From: Adineta vaga
Taxonomy: Eukaryota > Animalia > Rotifera
Assembly (NCBI GenBank): GCA_021613535.1
Contig: CP075494.1
Coordinates: forward strand, 1,736,001-1,800,000
Direction: 5' to 3'
Length of the DNA stretch: 64,000 nt
A program made the position numbers and the translations under genes. The notes beneath the pieces are model-generated. The model searched no databases. It worked only from the letters and a program-made list of their open reading frames with translations, and was not told the origin of the DNA. This document shows positions 12,158 to 25,737 of this stretch, in pieces; position 1 is the first letter of the stretch, and every line of letters starts with the position of its first letter.

Positions 12158-15100
12158 ATGGAAAAAACACTGACGTTAACTTTATGTCCAACAGCTACGT
12201 GGCAAAAAGCAGGAGTAACAGTAGCGGGTCAACAATCAAGTTCATCAGGATCCAATTCAACAATGCTTTGGTTCCCAACGGACGTATACACCGATGCCGA
12301 TAGCAATATTTATGTCTTGGATAGTAGCAATTACCGTGTCCAACGTTTTCTATCAAATTCGACGGTTGGAACAACTGTCATCAAGGGTAGTTACGGTACT
12401 TCCCTAAATCAATTTGCTAGCTGTAAGTTGAACATTGTTCGAATACTACACCGAAGATGATATATGTGATCTTCTAGTGAGTACTATGGCTATAGATAAT
12501 AATGGTAGCATTTATATACTTGATGGTTCCAGTGCTCGTGTTACTAAATGGTCTCAAGGAAGTTCTTGTGGAACAATCGCGGCGGGTGGTAATGGCATCG
12601 GGAATAATACCAATCAATTTAATTCAGCATATGGAATGTTCATTGATTTCAGTTCATCGATTATTTGGATAGCAGATCAATATAATCATCGTATAGTTAC
12701 ATGGTCTTCGCCAACAACAAGTACAATTGTTTGTGGCGGTTATGGATCAAACGATAATCAGTTTCAATATCCATATGGAATATATGTTGATACGAGTGAT
12801 GCGAATACATTCTATGTAGCTGATACATACAATCATCGTGTTCAAATGTGGAGAGCAAATGCAACAAGCGGAACAACAGTGGCCGGAATAACGATTTATT
12901 ATGGAAATGGTCTGAATCAATTATCGCATCCATCAGCAATAGTAGTGGATAATAATCAAAATATGTTTATTGTCGATTGGGGAAATTCTCGAATTCTTAA
13001 ATGGATGATTGGAGCGAGTTTTGGTATCGTTATTGCCGGTGGTGCTGGTGACGGAGCTCAATCCGCTCAATTGAATTATCCGATGAATATGAATTTTGAT
13101 TCAGATGGATTTTTATATGTTGCGGATACAAGCAATAATCGAATTCAACGATTTGCGAAATCTTGCCGTAAGTTCAACATCTATGAATGTCATTTCTTAT
13201 TTCTTCTTGCTTAGCGATCGTTGCCAATATTTCGACCACAGCAGTATCATCGCTAACAACTATTGGTAAGAATTATATCTCTCTGAGGGTTTTCTAAGTT
13301 TCAACGCTATTTGTAATTAAAAAGCTTCTTTGTAAGACAGATTTGGTCAACAAATCTTGTTTATACTGTGCCTATTTGCCTTTAGTATCAAATTCTAATA
13401 TCACTTGTTCAATGACTACATGGTCATTGAATGCAACAACAATAGCTGGTTCACCAATTGGTTATTATGGTTCAATACCTACAGCTCTGAAGTCTCCTAA
13501 CGATATTTATGTCGACATCAATAATACCTTGTACGTCTTAGACAGTGGTAATTATCGTGTACAGCGCTTTCTACCAAATTCAACAATTGGAAAAACAATC
13601 ATCAATGGCAGTTATGGTTCTATGCTCAACCAGTTCGGCGACAGTAATCATATTTTTTCTTGTATTATCCTCAGTAAATATGAACCTTCTGTCTTTCTTT
13701 TTAGTGCAAGCTATACATGTAGATTACATGAGTAACATTTATATTGCAGATAGCAGTAATCATCGAGTAGTTAAATATACACCTGGTGCTTTTAATGGGA
13801 TTGTTGTTGCTGGTGGCGATGGGATAGGAAGTGATGAGTATAGACTGTCTTATCCGTGTGATATATATATCGGGTCGAATACATCAGTTATTTGGATAGC
13901 GGACACGGGTAATCATCGTGTTGTTCGATGGGATTCACCGCTCAAAAGTAAAGTCATCGGTGGAAGTTACGGTATAGGAGCACATCAGTTTTATTGGCCC
14001 TATGGAATATATGTTGATACGGGTGCTTCGAATACACTTTATGTTGCCGACACATTCAATCATCGTGTTCAAATGTGGTTACCAGGAGCCACAAATGGGT
14101 CAACAGTGGCTGGACAAACAGGTGTTAGGGGTACAGAACTTAATCAACTTTACTATCCAACATCAGTAACTATAGATCAGGATAAAAACATATTTATTGT
14201 GGACAGTTCAAACGCTCGTATCATGCACTGGACAATTGGATCATCATTTGGAAGGATCTTAGCTGGGGGTTCAACAACAGGGCTGTTGCCGAGTCAGTTA
14301 TCTTCTCCATATCGTATACATTTAGATCCAAACCGCGCTTTCATTGTCAGTGATCACAACAACAATCGTATTCAAAATTTCGATATATTATGTCGTAAGT
14401 TACTATCAAAAAGATATTTACTGAAACAAATTCGTACTGTTACTTCTTTCTTAAAAGTGAAATCCACTTTCAACATATGAGTTTAAATATATTTTAATAA
14501 TAATGATTGATTTTGCTTGAATTGATCTCTTATAATCGATAATCTGATGATGTCTTCAACGATCACCCATTTCTTGATTCTATTTTAGGTGAATCTGTAA
14601 CTGTTACAACTACACAATCGACTTCAACTTCATCAAGTAATAATGAATGAAATATATTTAAATGAATTTTTTTTGTGTACTCTAAAAGTGAGTACATCCC
14701 CTATCGGTCAGTGTGTCCGTCTGGCAGACCATTATCCAAAAACTCTTCAAAATTACATCCAATTAAGCTTAAATATTTGTCTACAGAATTCTCTCATCAA
14801 AATCTTGATCGAATTCGAAGATGGGGAGGATCCCTCAAGAAATGACTGAGTTGTCCTAAAAATTCTCATTAATCACCAATCTATCCTTGAGAAGAAGTGC
14901 AGAGTTTTCTCAAAAAACATTTCGCTGATAAATATCTACTATATATATGCGTCAATTCGGTTTAGTATAAATACTCATCGGTCCTCATATACTATATTAT
15001 GCGATTGCCCATCTGTCGTTAAGTCATATTGTAGGGAGATACCTGAAGATCCTTGTATTCCTATCACATTGATATATTCAATAGAAATCGTGCATTTAGA

Positions 15101-15503
15101 AAAGATTTTGCATGATAATCTTGAGATTCAAGTATTCTAGAATGACTCATTTGTTTCGTGCATTTTTTGTAGTACACACATCTCTCGGATAAAATTCGAA
15201 GTCTCCGGATTTGTTATTTCTTTATTTAGATTTTGTATCAACAAACACAACCGGAACATTGTCAAGTAAATAAGGGGAACTATTTCTAAAGATTCCCTCC
15301 GAGAATCCAATGGAATCTATTTTATATTTCACTTTTTTTTTCTTCTAGCAACAAAACTAGCTATCTCAACTTCATCAACAAATGCAACTTCAACACGTAA
15401 AACAACCACAACAGCAACAAATTCATTTGCTTGTACGATTGCTCATCCTCAATGGTTTTTGATAATTCTTTGCTCGACCATTACTACTATGACCATGAAA
15501 TAA
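12158..15503 (+). CDS. NHL-repeat protein (two beta-propellers) with Ser/Thr-rich stalk and hydrophobic C-terminus; the start may lie further upstream (~11930)
   Basis: Repeated P.GIYVD....YVADT.NHRVQMW motifs in ORFs 12110-13214 and 13343-14480, joined by phase-1 introns. Small Thr/Ser-rich exons at about 14590, 15230 and 15349. Ends ...PQWFLIILCSTITTMTMK*. Confidence 0.8.
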
Positions 15504-16164
15504 TTCAAATATTTGCTTTTAACAGACCTCATCATTTCGCTTTTTTTCTCTTCAACAAAAATGCATCGTCTTATAGAACACTTTTTTTATTGTATCATTA
15601 AAACTTCTTTTAAAACAGTTCAGATTCGAGAATATATAAACGATGGATGTACTTATCGAATAAAAACATAAGCATTCCAATCTTGAGGGTGTAGTAGTGG
15701 ATGCGTGGAAAGAAACGATCAACACCCACACCCAGAAATTTAGAATCCATCATAGCCGTCACAAACATACTTTTATCATTTTAACTATCTTGCCACACTG
15801 AAAAACTATCACAGAGTAAATGATGACAAGACATGGTAATAGTTATGTATGAAATTTTTTTTGCGGATAGTAAAGCAAAATTATATAAACACAAAACTTA
15901 CTCTAGAACGGAAGGCAATACACTTGAAAAAAAGAAATAATAGTAATGAAATTTTATTTCTTATTATTGTATATCATGAACAGAAAATAATTTCCTGAAA
16001 ATTACTTGCATTTAATTGTTGAAAATGAATCTTATACTCATATTTAGCACGCAGTTTTCTCTCATTTCTTTTTACGTATTGTTGACAAAGATAAAGTATC
16101 GATCAGAACATTCAACATATATCGTATAAGATAATACTTAGTTATTAAATTACTGTAATCCAAA

Positions 16165-19100
16165 ATGGACGAAATGGTTCATCTATGGCACAGAATGAAA
16201 CATTACCTTCAAAACCTCAATTTATTTCCATCTTTTCCACCTTCAACTGATGAACGTGAACTTCAGACTCAACGAATCTCGACACGAGTATTCATTGTTC
16301 TCTTTATCGTAGTATTAACAATTATCATCCTGTATACGTCAATAATCGATATCAAGAAGACAGTTACTGTTCCAGAGCCTACTCTAGAACAATATTCACA
16401 ACTCTATGACAAATACTCTGAAACTCTCACATGTCCTTGTAAGGAAATATCCATTGACTATGGGAAATTCATTACTATTAATTACACATTACATCAAGTA
16501 TGCAGTAGTATATTTGTTACTGACATATGGATTTCCTTTCTGGCGCTACCGATTAAACGGGGGTATATTCTTAGTGATTTTCGAATGATAAGTTCATATG
16601 CATTCGAATTATTGAGTATGTTTTGTACACTTATTCGAAGTACAGTATCGAGTAGTTTAACTGAATTTAATTCGGTTCGATATATTACTTCCACTCTGAC
16701 ATCATTCGAACTATTTCACTCGCAAACTCGATCGTTCGTCGATCAGTGTGAATCTTCAACAATAAATATTTTTCTATTATCGTTCAATCTGATTCGAAAT
16801 ACAACGCAAGCAAATGGTTTAATCTCGGGTCGAGGCACAAATGTGCAGATGTTTGTGCAAGCCGACTCATACGTCGCTATGAGCTCCAGATTTTATGCAA
16901 ATTGTTACTGTACATCGTCCATTAGGTGCACTGAACCATCAAAGATCTACGATTTCAATGAAAATTTCAATATAACGGTGCCCGGTTTCTATGCAGGGTG
17001 TTTTGCAATAGAATCGTTACTTCAATCGACCCTGGAATGCTTTTACAGTCAAACTTGTATAGATGAAATACAACGTTACATAACTTGGTCATTTTCATTG
17101 AATGTTACTGCACTTAATTCCACATTACCAAGTATATTCTTGGTAACATCAACCATCAGTGATATTTTGAGTAGAATCATGATCGAAGAATGGTATGGAA
17201 CGGCTATGTATGATAAATATTTCCAAGAATGCACACCGACGGAATGTCGTTATGTGGAAGTAACTAAAAATCCGTTCATTTATGTAATTACAACATCGAT
17301 TGGTGTCGTCGGTGGTTTAACAATAGTCTTAACATTTATTGTGCCACGGATGGTGAATTTCGTACGAAATAAAAATAATCCGACACGACAAAAAATAAGT
17401 GAAGTTATTTTAACGCTGCTGTTGATTCTAATTATACATTTACCTTATTTTGTAGAACTTCGATGCTGCGAACGCATTCGTCATATGTTTCCAAAAGTGA
17501 AACTTTATTGTATAATGTTCAATTTATTCCCAACGATTCCACCTTCAACTGATGAACGTGAACTTCAGACTCAACGAATCTCGACACAAGTATTCATTGT
17601 TCTCTTTATCGTAGTATTAACAATTATCATCCTGTATACGTCAATAATCGATATCAAGAAGACAGTTACTGTTCCAGAGCCTACTCTAGAACAATATTCA
17701 CAACTCTATGACAAATACTCTGAAACTCTCACATGTCCTTGTAAGGAAATATCCATTGACTATGGGAAATTCATTACTATTAATTACACATTACATCAAG
17801 TATGCAGTAGTATATTTGTTACTGATGCCTGGATGATGTATGTTACAGGCACAGGTCCATATGTTTTTATCGATTTTCAGGTGACTGGGAAATATGCATT
17901 TCAAGGATTGCGTGGATTTTGTAGTTCTATTGGAAATACAATTTCCAATGTGTTAGTCCAATATTATGAAAATGATTATGTAACTGCAACCGTTGCTCCA
18001 TATGACTTGTTTCAATCACATATCCAATCATATGTTAATGAAGTTCGCATATCGATAACTTATAGTTTCATCCTCGCGCTCAATACCATTCGCAATACGA
18101 CCGAAGGGAATGTCTTGTACCCTTCACTACAAACATATACCATCTTATACCTGGCAAATGGCCAAATAGTTGCGGGTGAATTTGCTTATCGGAGTTGTCG
18201 CTGTAGTGCATCAGCTACTTGTATTGCACAAGCATCTTTCTACAGGTTGGATGATGATATGATATTGTTCAGCATACCCGGCTTATACTATGGTTGTTAT
18301 GCAATCGAATCCTTACTTCAATCCACTCTTGAATGCTTCTATGATCAAACATGTATAGATCAATTACGAACTTATTTATCACCCGTGTTTGCAGTGAAAG
18401 TGGACGCTCTCGACGCTCTTCTGCCGAGTCAATACTCGCCAGAGTCAACCATCGGTGATCTTCTCAACAATTTAATGCTCGAAAAATGGAATGGAACAGG
18501 ACAATACGACAAATATTTTTCTCAATGTAAACCGATTGAATGTCGTTATATGATCGCGACAAAATATAGTATAATTTACATCATTACAACACTAATCGGT
18601 ATAGTGGGCGGTCTAACGAAAGTCCTCAAACTTCTTGTACCAAGAGTAGTTAAATTTATTCGAAAGAGAAAGGAAACGACACAGCCTGCAATTCGTAAGT
18701 GATAATGAAAAATAGTTTTACAATCGAATTATTCACATATATCTTTCTTTTATGATAGGAGTTATGACGAAAAAAGAACGAGCTTTGTCTCTATGGTTCA
18801 AGTTGAAAATATTTGTGAAGAATTTCAATTTATTTCCTTCGGTTCCACCATCAACAGCCGAACAGGAACTGCAAACTCAACGAATATCTACACGTTTATT
18901 CATTGTTTTGTTCCTTCTAGTAATAACAATTTTGTTATTCTATACATCATCAATCGGTATTACACAGACAATCACCGTCAAAGATCTAAGTTTGCCCAAA
19001 TATTTGCAACTCTATGCAGCATATAATCAAAGTCTCATATGTCCTTGTGAACATATCTCCATCAATTATGGAAATTTTCTTGATATTCAGTATTCATTGC

Positions 19101-20029
19101 ATGAAGTCTGCAGTAGCGTCTTCGTCACAAGCAATTGGTCACTCGCCTCTGCTCGTCTAGCAGGTGGAATATTTTATAGCTCTGATTTTCGAGCGGGCGG
19201 ATATTATTCCTTCAAGGCATTGAATGGATTGTGTCAACTGGTTCAAAATTCGATATTCAATGGTTTATTACAACTTAAATCAACTCGCTATGCCACTGTC
19301 TCTCTGAGACCTGAACTATTATTTCAATCAGAAACTGACTCATTCACTAATGAATTTCGATCATCAGTTACTGCTAATTTCTTAATATCACTTAATCTGA
19401 TTCGAAATACAACGCACGGAAATCGTTTACATTCGATATTGGCAACAAATTATAGCCCACGCAAACAGTTGGGAAGCAATGATGTAGTTATGCAAGGAGT
19501 CACTTATTATGATTGTAATTGCGACCTAACAGCTGAATGCATAATTGAATATGTCATTTATGGTAGCGTGAACGGCCGTGATACAATAATATTCAATATA
19601 CCCGGTTTTTACTCCGGATGCTTGTTGATTGAATCTTTACTTCAGTCGAATCTTCACTTTTTTTACAATCAAAGTTCCATCGATCAACTACAAGGTTACT
19701 TATCATCCTCTCAGTCAACAAATGAACTGGTTCCTCGTGCATTATCACCAGGTCGATATTCCAAAACAGCGACTATGTATGAATTGTTGAGTAAATTAAT
19801 GATCGAAGAATGGCATGGAACGGCAATGTACGACAGATATTATAATGAATGCGGATTGAAAGAATGTCGTTATGTGATTGTCACAAAAAATTCGTTGATT
19901 TATGTAATTACAACATCGATTGGTGTCATTGGTGGTTTAACAACAGTCCTAAATTTTGCTATACCACCTGTAGTGAAGTTAGTTATGTACTGCATTCGAA
20001 AATGGAAAGCACGACGTATCGGAACATGA
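16165..20029 (+). CDS. Membrane protein with three tandem ~420 aa 'TM - Cys-rich ectodomain - TM' modules, function unknown
   Basis: ORF 16165-18694 joins ORF 18759-20029 in frame through intron 18695-18758. A probable in-frame intron lies at 17399-17455. Each module reads NLFP..P...ELQTQRIST-TM-L.CPC..CSS.FV...W...C.C..C...PG.Y.GC..IESLLQS...EEW....Y..Y...C....C.Y-TM(IYVITT.IG..GGL). Confidence 0.85.
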
Positions 20030-22499
20030 CTTTTATAAATTTCTCTCTTCAACTTAAACAAATTGTACGAACGATTCATAAAAAGAAAATTCGCTTCATC
20101 TCTGTGCTAATAAATTAAGAAAAAACATGTTTTGTTCTTGAGTTTATCACTGTCGCGAGGGTAGGGGTGCGAGACGATGCAATACTCTATTTGACATTGA
20201 CTTCGTGTCGCTGGCACTGTTATTTTTGTGGCAACTTGATGAGCTTCTCGATTTGATAGAATAGTGCATGTTTTCCTCATAGCGACACCTCATATAAATG
20301 CACTTGAAATAATATAAAAGAATAATGATATTGCAAAGAACTTTATGATCACGTCTCTGATAGGCATAATGAAACTTCGTAGCAATTCCTCGTTTTGTTG
20401 TTTTCATTTCTTTACACCGACAAGTTAGTGCTCGTCTTGAGGATGTGGGTGGGGTGGGTGTGATGTAGTTTGGGCGTGTCTGATACAACCAGCACTCCCA
20501 CTCCCATCCACACCCTTTCTCTCGGTTTCGGTTCGGTTGAATTTCTACTTAAAGCTGATTTAACATATAGGCAATTACCTATATCGAACTACATGCAATT
20601 GGAATCGCATTATCTGATATTTTTATTGCTAGATCTGAAGCCTAGAAAAATGAAGGTTTGAGATGAGAATCAAAGGAATGTATCTTAGAATATATAAAAT
20701 AAAGCATGTATTTATAGGAAATTGGTGTACAATCACAGAAGAACCTCAATATTTTTATAAGTATGTTTTTATCCAAAAGTTCCACCGACAAAACTGACAA
20801 CTTTTGCTTAGAGATTAAAAATTCGTTTATAGAAACTCGGAAGTTTATACTGCGCGTCTTTTTATAAATGTGTCCTAATGTAGAATATATTGAGAGAGCG
20901 GCACCTTTTCTTACTTTTTGAGAAAACTTTGTAATTCTTTAAAAGCGTTACGAATGCTTTCTAAAACTGCTTATGATTTTTCAGAATTGCGCGAGACGTT
21001 CTGCTATATTTTGAAGTATTCTTATATATTTGCCGAATTTATCAAAATTGTTAAAGTCAGTTGAAGTATTAAAAAGAATGGCAATCATATTGATAATTTA
21101 TCAGAAAACATCGATTAAAATGCATTTCGAGTCTTTTGAAATTATAATTGATCGAAATAGTTTTTTCATTGTGATTTTTCGATAGTTTTTCTGCAAATAT
21201 TTAAAAAAAAGAGTTTTCTACTTTTCTAAAAAGAAATGAAGAAGAAATAGAACAACAACAACAACAACAACAGCAGCAGTAGGAACAGCAACAAGTTGAA
21301 GAAACGAAAGAAAAACAAAGAAAGAGAAAGAAAATTAAAAAACTGGCTGCAATTTTAGGTTTATCTTTTTTTCAATTAAAAAGATGTAAAAAGGGAAGAA
21401 TAACAGCAACATAACATGCCGCCAGGTCATTAAAGAAATATATCCATCATGTGATCAACGGGCGAGAAAACGTGTTTCATCAATATGCTCATTTAAAATT
21501 CAGGCGATTCGTTGTAAGTATTTTCTCTCGTTCGTAGAGAAGAGTCTTACAAGAATAAATTGTTTGCTTGCTTGCTTGTATGTCCGCATTTTATTGAATG
21601 CTTGAAGAATAATTTAAAAACAAAGATAAATTCTCTTCATAGAACTTGAGAAAAGGCTAATCGAGGTTAGTGAGATGAAATCTGATGGCGATTTTAATTA
21701 ATATATAAATTTTTTACTAATTAATTATTAACGAATTATCAATTAATATTTTCTATAAAATTTTATCAACCGTTAGTCGAGGTTGAGGATCATGGATCTG
21801 ATGTTGATCTTTTAGAATTTCTTTAAGGATCGGTTTTTCAAGAAATAGATCAGGTTTTTGGAAAACTAAAGAATTTCATAAGGATTGATCAAAGAGTAAT
21901 CGGAATTGAAGAGCGGGAATTTGAGATCAGATTTTTAAAATCGGATAAACTAAAAGATTAGGTGAACTCTGTAGATCGTGGTTTCTAGAAGAAAAAGCTG
22001 GATGTGTTTTTTCATTTACTTTAGTCATTTCAGTTGATAAGAATTAGTTTACTACGACTTCTTTCGGTCTGTTTGCAAGAATTTATTAGATATTATTGTC
22101 AGAAATCTACATTGACATTTGATGATGAAGTATTGAACACAATCGAATGGTTAACTAGATAGTATGAAGAAGATTTAAACAAATAGTACATAAAGACATG
22201 GCTGAGAAATTTCGTATAAATTCATCTTGAATTTATCATGTATGTAGTACTCAAAATAGTTATCTTTCATTAACATATATATATATATATATAATCTTCA
22301 ACCGCATCTACATAACGACTGCGAACACCCTCAGCGAACAATTTATGTTCAAAAGACTTCTCTCTTTTCATAAAACAGAATAACTTTAAAACCATTTTTT
22401 TCTAGCTTTCGCCCGATTAGTGCACCCAAAAAAGAAAAAAACGCCAAATTACGTCCTCAACAACGCCATCGGTAATGTATTCGCCAATGCACGCTTGTA

Positions 22500-23800
22500 A
22501 CAAAAAAATATTTTGTTATAAAATAAAATAAGAAGAATTTTTTGAAAACTTCTATTCATATAATACTGATACAGAGCGTGCTTGTTCAAAGAATTGTCTA
22601 ATGGTCATTGATAATTTTCATCAGTAAGTAATAGCTATAATTTTCAACAAATTCAATATTTTTCTTGTTATTGAATATGATCAGTATCAAAATTTGGTTC
22701 AGCAATAACAGAATATGTTCATCGATGATGTCGGTGTCGACTATCTCCATTTTCTAAATAACAAAAACAATTTTCATTAATATAATTTAATAGATTTTTA
22801 CTAACGTTGTGGTTCTGTCTATTCCAATATCATATAGAATTTAACATCATCAGCAATTGTTTTAGTGCATTACTGAAATAAATGATATAAAAGTATTTGT
22901 GATACACATATATACAAAATTATAAGTTGAAGTGTTCCTTCTTTAAATTCATCTTTATCGTCAATTGCAAATGCGACTGATAATCTATTAGAGTTAATAA
23001 CAAACCACAAATATCGATATTCACTTAACAATTTTGTTACTGTTTCTGATCCACAATCCCTAATAATAAATTTTGATATGTTAGAAACAAAATTTATAAA
23101 TGAATGTCGTGTTTGTGATTCAATTGAATCGATCAAAATACTAAAACACTTCTCATACATAAAATTTGATTTGAAATCGGATAAATTTATAATAAGTTTT
23201 GCGGTGGATTTTGCTTTTTGATAAACATTGATGATAGATATGCAACATATATTTTTAAATGCATTGATTGTTGAAGATTTTGTTTGTGACATTTAACAAG
23301 ACGTATTGCATTTTTCTTGACGTTGATAAAATTCATAAGCGAATGCATTTACAAACATCGATGATGATAAATCTGGAAGAAAGTTCCATAGACAATGTTC
23401 CAAAAATATATTTAAATTACAGACAACATTATTGTCAGTTTGTAATAAACACGTATCATCTGATGAGATAATTTGTAATATTTTTCGTAAATGAAAAACA
23501 CTTCTCAATGCACATCAATCAAAAATAGTATTCCGAATTATGTAGAGATATTAAAGAAGGACATGCTTGATAATGTCGATCTTCTGTAAATGAATGAACA
23601 AAAATAACGAAATATTTTCGTTTGAAAATATTCTGAACCTTGCCAGAAAGATGGGTTTGATTGATTAATTGGCAAATATTTGAAATATGAAGACGTTAGT
23701 GTCTAGTTCCACCATTAATAACCATCATTAAATAAGTTTTAGCAGTATTCAATTTAAATATTTGAATTTGTTTTCTAATTTAAAAGCGTATTGAATTGAA
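22500..23800 (-). pseudogene. Decayed multi-exon gene of unknown family
   Basis: Overlapping minus-strand ORFs 22870-23508, with intron-like boundaries and several stops in the flanking frames. Confidence 0.3.
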
Positions 23801-24827
23801 TTCAAAAGAAATAATTCTATAAGCACAAATTATAATCAAATGATAATAATAACTAACTAAATTATGTAATTTGATTCTAATTATTTCTATAAATATGACA
23901 TAATTCCGCTTGTAATTCTTCACTGACCACAACAAATGCATGTCAAAATAAAAAATCTATTTGTCAGTATAACGTACATAAGATATTATGGTTTAATAAT
24001 GAGTCTGAATACAGTTAGAAATTTTTAAAGTATCGACATGGTACACAAAAACGACTTGTATTCAAAAACGATAAACTACATTGCTATTCTCCACCTAACT
24101 GTATGTTCTTGTCAAACTCGCTATATTCAGTTGAAACAGCAAAAGAAACCTTTACACCACAAAGTTCTCTGACCAAATTTTTGCCCGCCATTCATCGATA
24201 CCAAAGTGATGACGCCGTCAACAATGATCGAGCTTCAGATCCAATTCGAAAACTACTATTGCTTACAGTACAAGGCTTCTATGAAAAAAAAAAGGTGTAG
24301 CTTGACAAAACACTTCCATGTAAATAAAACAGTTTTAACTCCATAATTTGCTACAACAATCGCTTGAGATAGCACATAAGATACAAAGCTAAAACTATAA
24401 CAAACTTAATAAAAAAACAAATAAACATAATCACGACCACAATGACACTATATTGACAACAAAAACATATAGGTGAGAGAAATGTCCGATAATAACGTCC
24501 TCTCTCTCTCTGTATATAATCAAACACTTAGCCGTCGAATATAGGTTTTCTCGCACAGCACCTCAATCTTCGACGACAAATATAGACGTAACCGTGCCAT
24601 TCAGTTTAATTTATTGTTTCCACACAATCGTATATCACGCATCTTTTCAGTCATATCTGAAGTCCATAGTGAACCTAATTTCCATGATAGAAATTGAGTT
24701 TCCCGGAAAACGCTATAACGCATCCAATCTTCCGACTTCTCTCTTCCATCTGTTGTTCTCGGTTTCAAATTGTATCATTGATTGTTCTATTATTGTTTAA
24801 GATTTTATGTACTTATCGTCTCATAAA

Positions 24828-25255
24828 ATGGCTGGAGTCGTTGGAGATAACGAAGAACAACGTGTTATAGATCCTATCCGAATGAATGCCTGTCGAGAAA
24901 CAATGGTAGGAGATGCAATGATAATCAATCGAAAATGGATTGCTCAAAAACTGCATCGTATTGAAAGGTGGTTTATGGACAACTCAAAAAAAAGGATATC
25001 AACACTGCTGCCCAAAGTTTGGCGATGGCAGCCCGATATATTGTCGGAGAAAAGCAAAAACATCCTACTGTAAAACACTGGAAAAAGACAAAAATCTGCA
25101 GGCCAGATGCAAAGCAGATTTTCGAGAAACCTCGCGAAGCCGTCAGACCATCACCTATTCAACGATACCATATCAAACAAGGACTAAAGGCTTTTCATGT
25201 CATTTCAAAGCCAATGAAGTCGGTAACAAGCGTAGAAAATCGTGCCATAGACTGA
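24828..25255 (+). mobile_element. Degraded Tc1/mariner-type transposase N-terminal fragment
   Basis: Frameshifted HTH-like INRKWIAQKLHRIERWFMDN followed by PIQRYHIKQGLKAFHVISKP. No DDE core or TIRs seen. Confidence 0.5.
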
Positions 25256-25256
25256 C

Positions 25257-25737
25257 ACAATTATCGCTAATCTAACTCTAATGTGGTGCTCGATAGTTTG
25301 GGACAAAACAACGTGAGATCTCCTATAAAAAACAAGAAGATTTTGTTGAGATATGTCCGACATCAAAGCGTGATACAACTATCGCTAATCTAACTCTAAT
25401 GTGGTGCTCAATGGTTTGGGACAAAACAACGTGAGATCTCCTATAAAAAACAAGAAGATTTTGTTGAGATATGTCCGACATCAAAGCGTGATACAACTAT
25501 CGCTAATCTAACTCTAATGTGGTGCTCAATGGTTTGGGACAAAACAACGTGAGATCTCCTATAAAAAACAAGAAGATTTTGTTGAGATATGTCCGACATC
25601 AAAGCGTGATACAACTATCGCTAATCTAACTCTAATGTGGTGCTCGATGGTTTGGGACAAAACAACGTGAGATCTCCTATAAAAAACAAGAAGATTTTGT
25701 TGAGATATGTCCGACATCAAAGCGTGATACAACTATC
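25257..25737. repeat. Tandem repeat, 4 x 118 bp
   Basis: TATCGCTAATCTAACTCTAATGTGG recurs at 25262, 25380, 25498 and 25616; the units are nearly identical. Confidence 0.95.

Noticed and set aside
21230-21520. Poly-Gln/Lys-rich coding-like stretch
   Set aside because: In-frame stops and no supportable gene model; probably decayed sequence with a CAA microsatellite.
24103-24300. Possible Penelope or other retroelement remnant
   Set aside because: No RT or GIY-YIG motifs visible; too short and degenerate.
25257-25737. CRISPR-like array
   Set aside because: Whole 118 bp units are repeated with no unique spacers; no cas genes; eukaryotic context.
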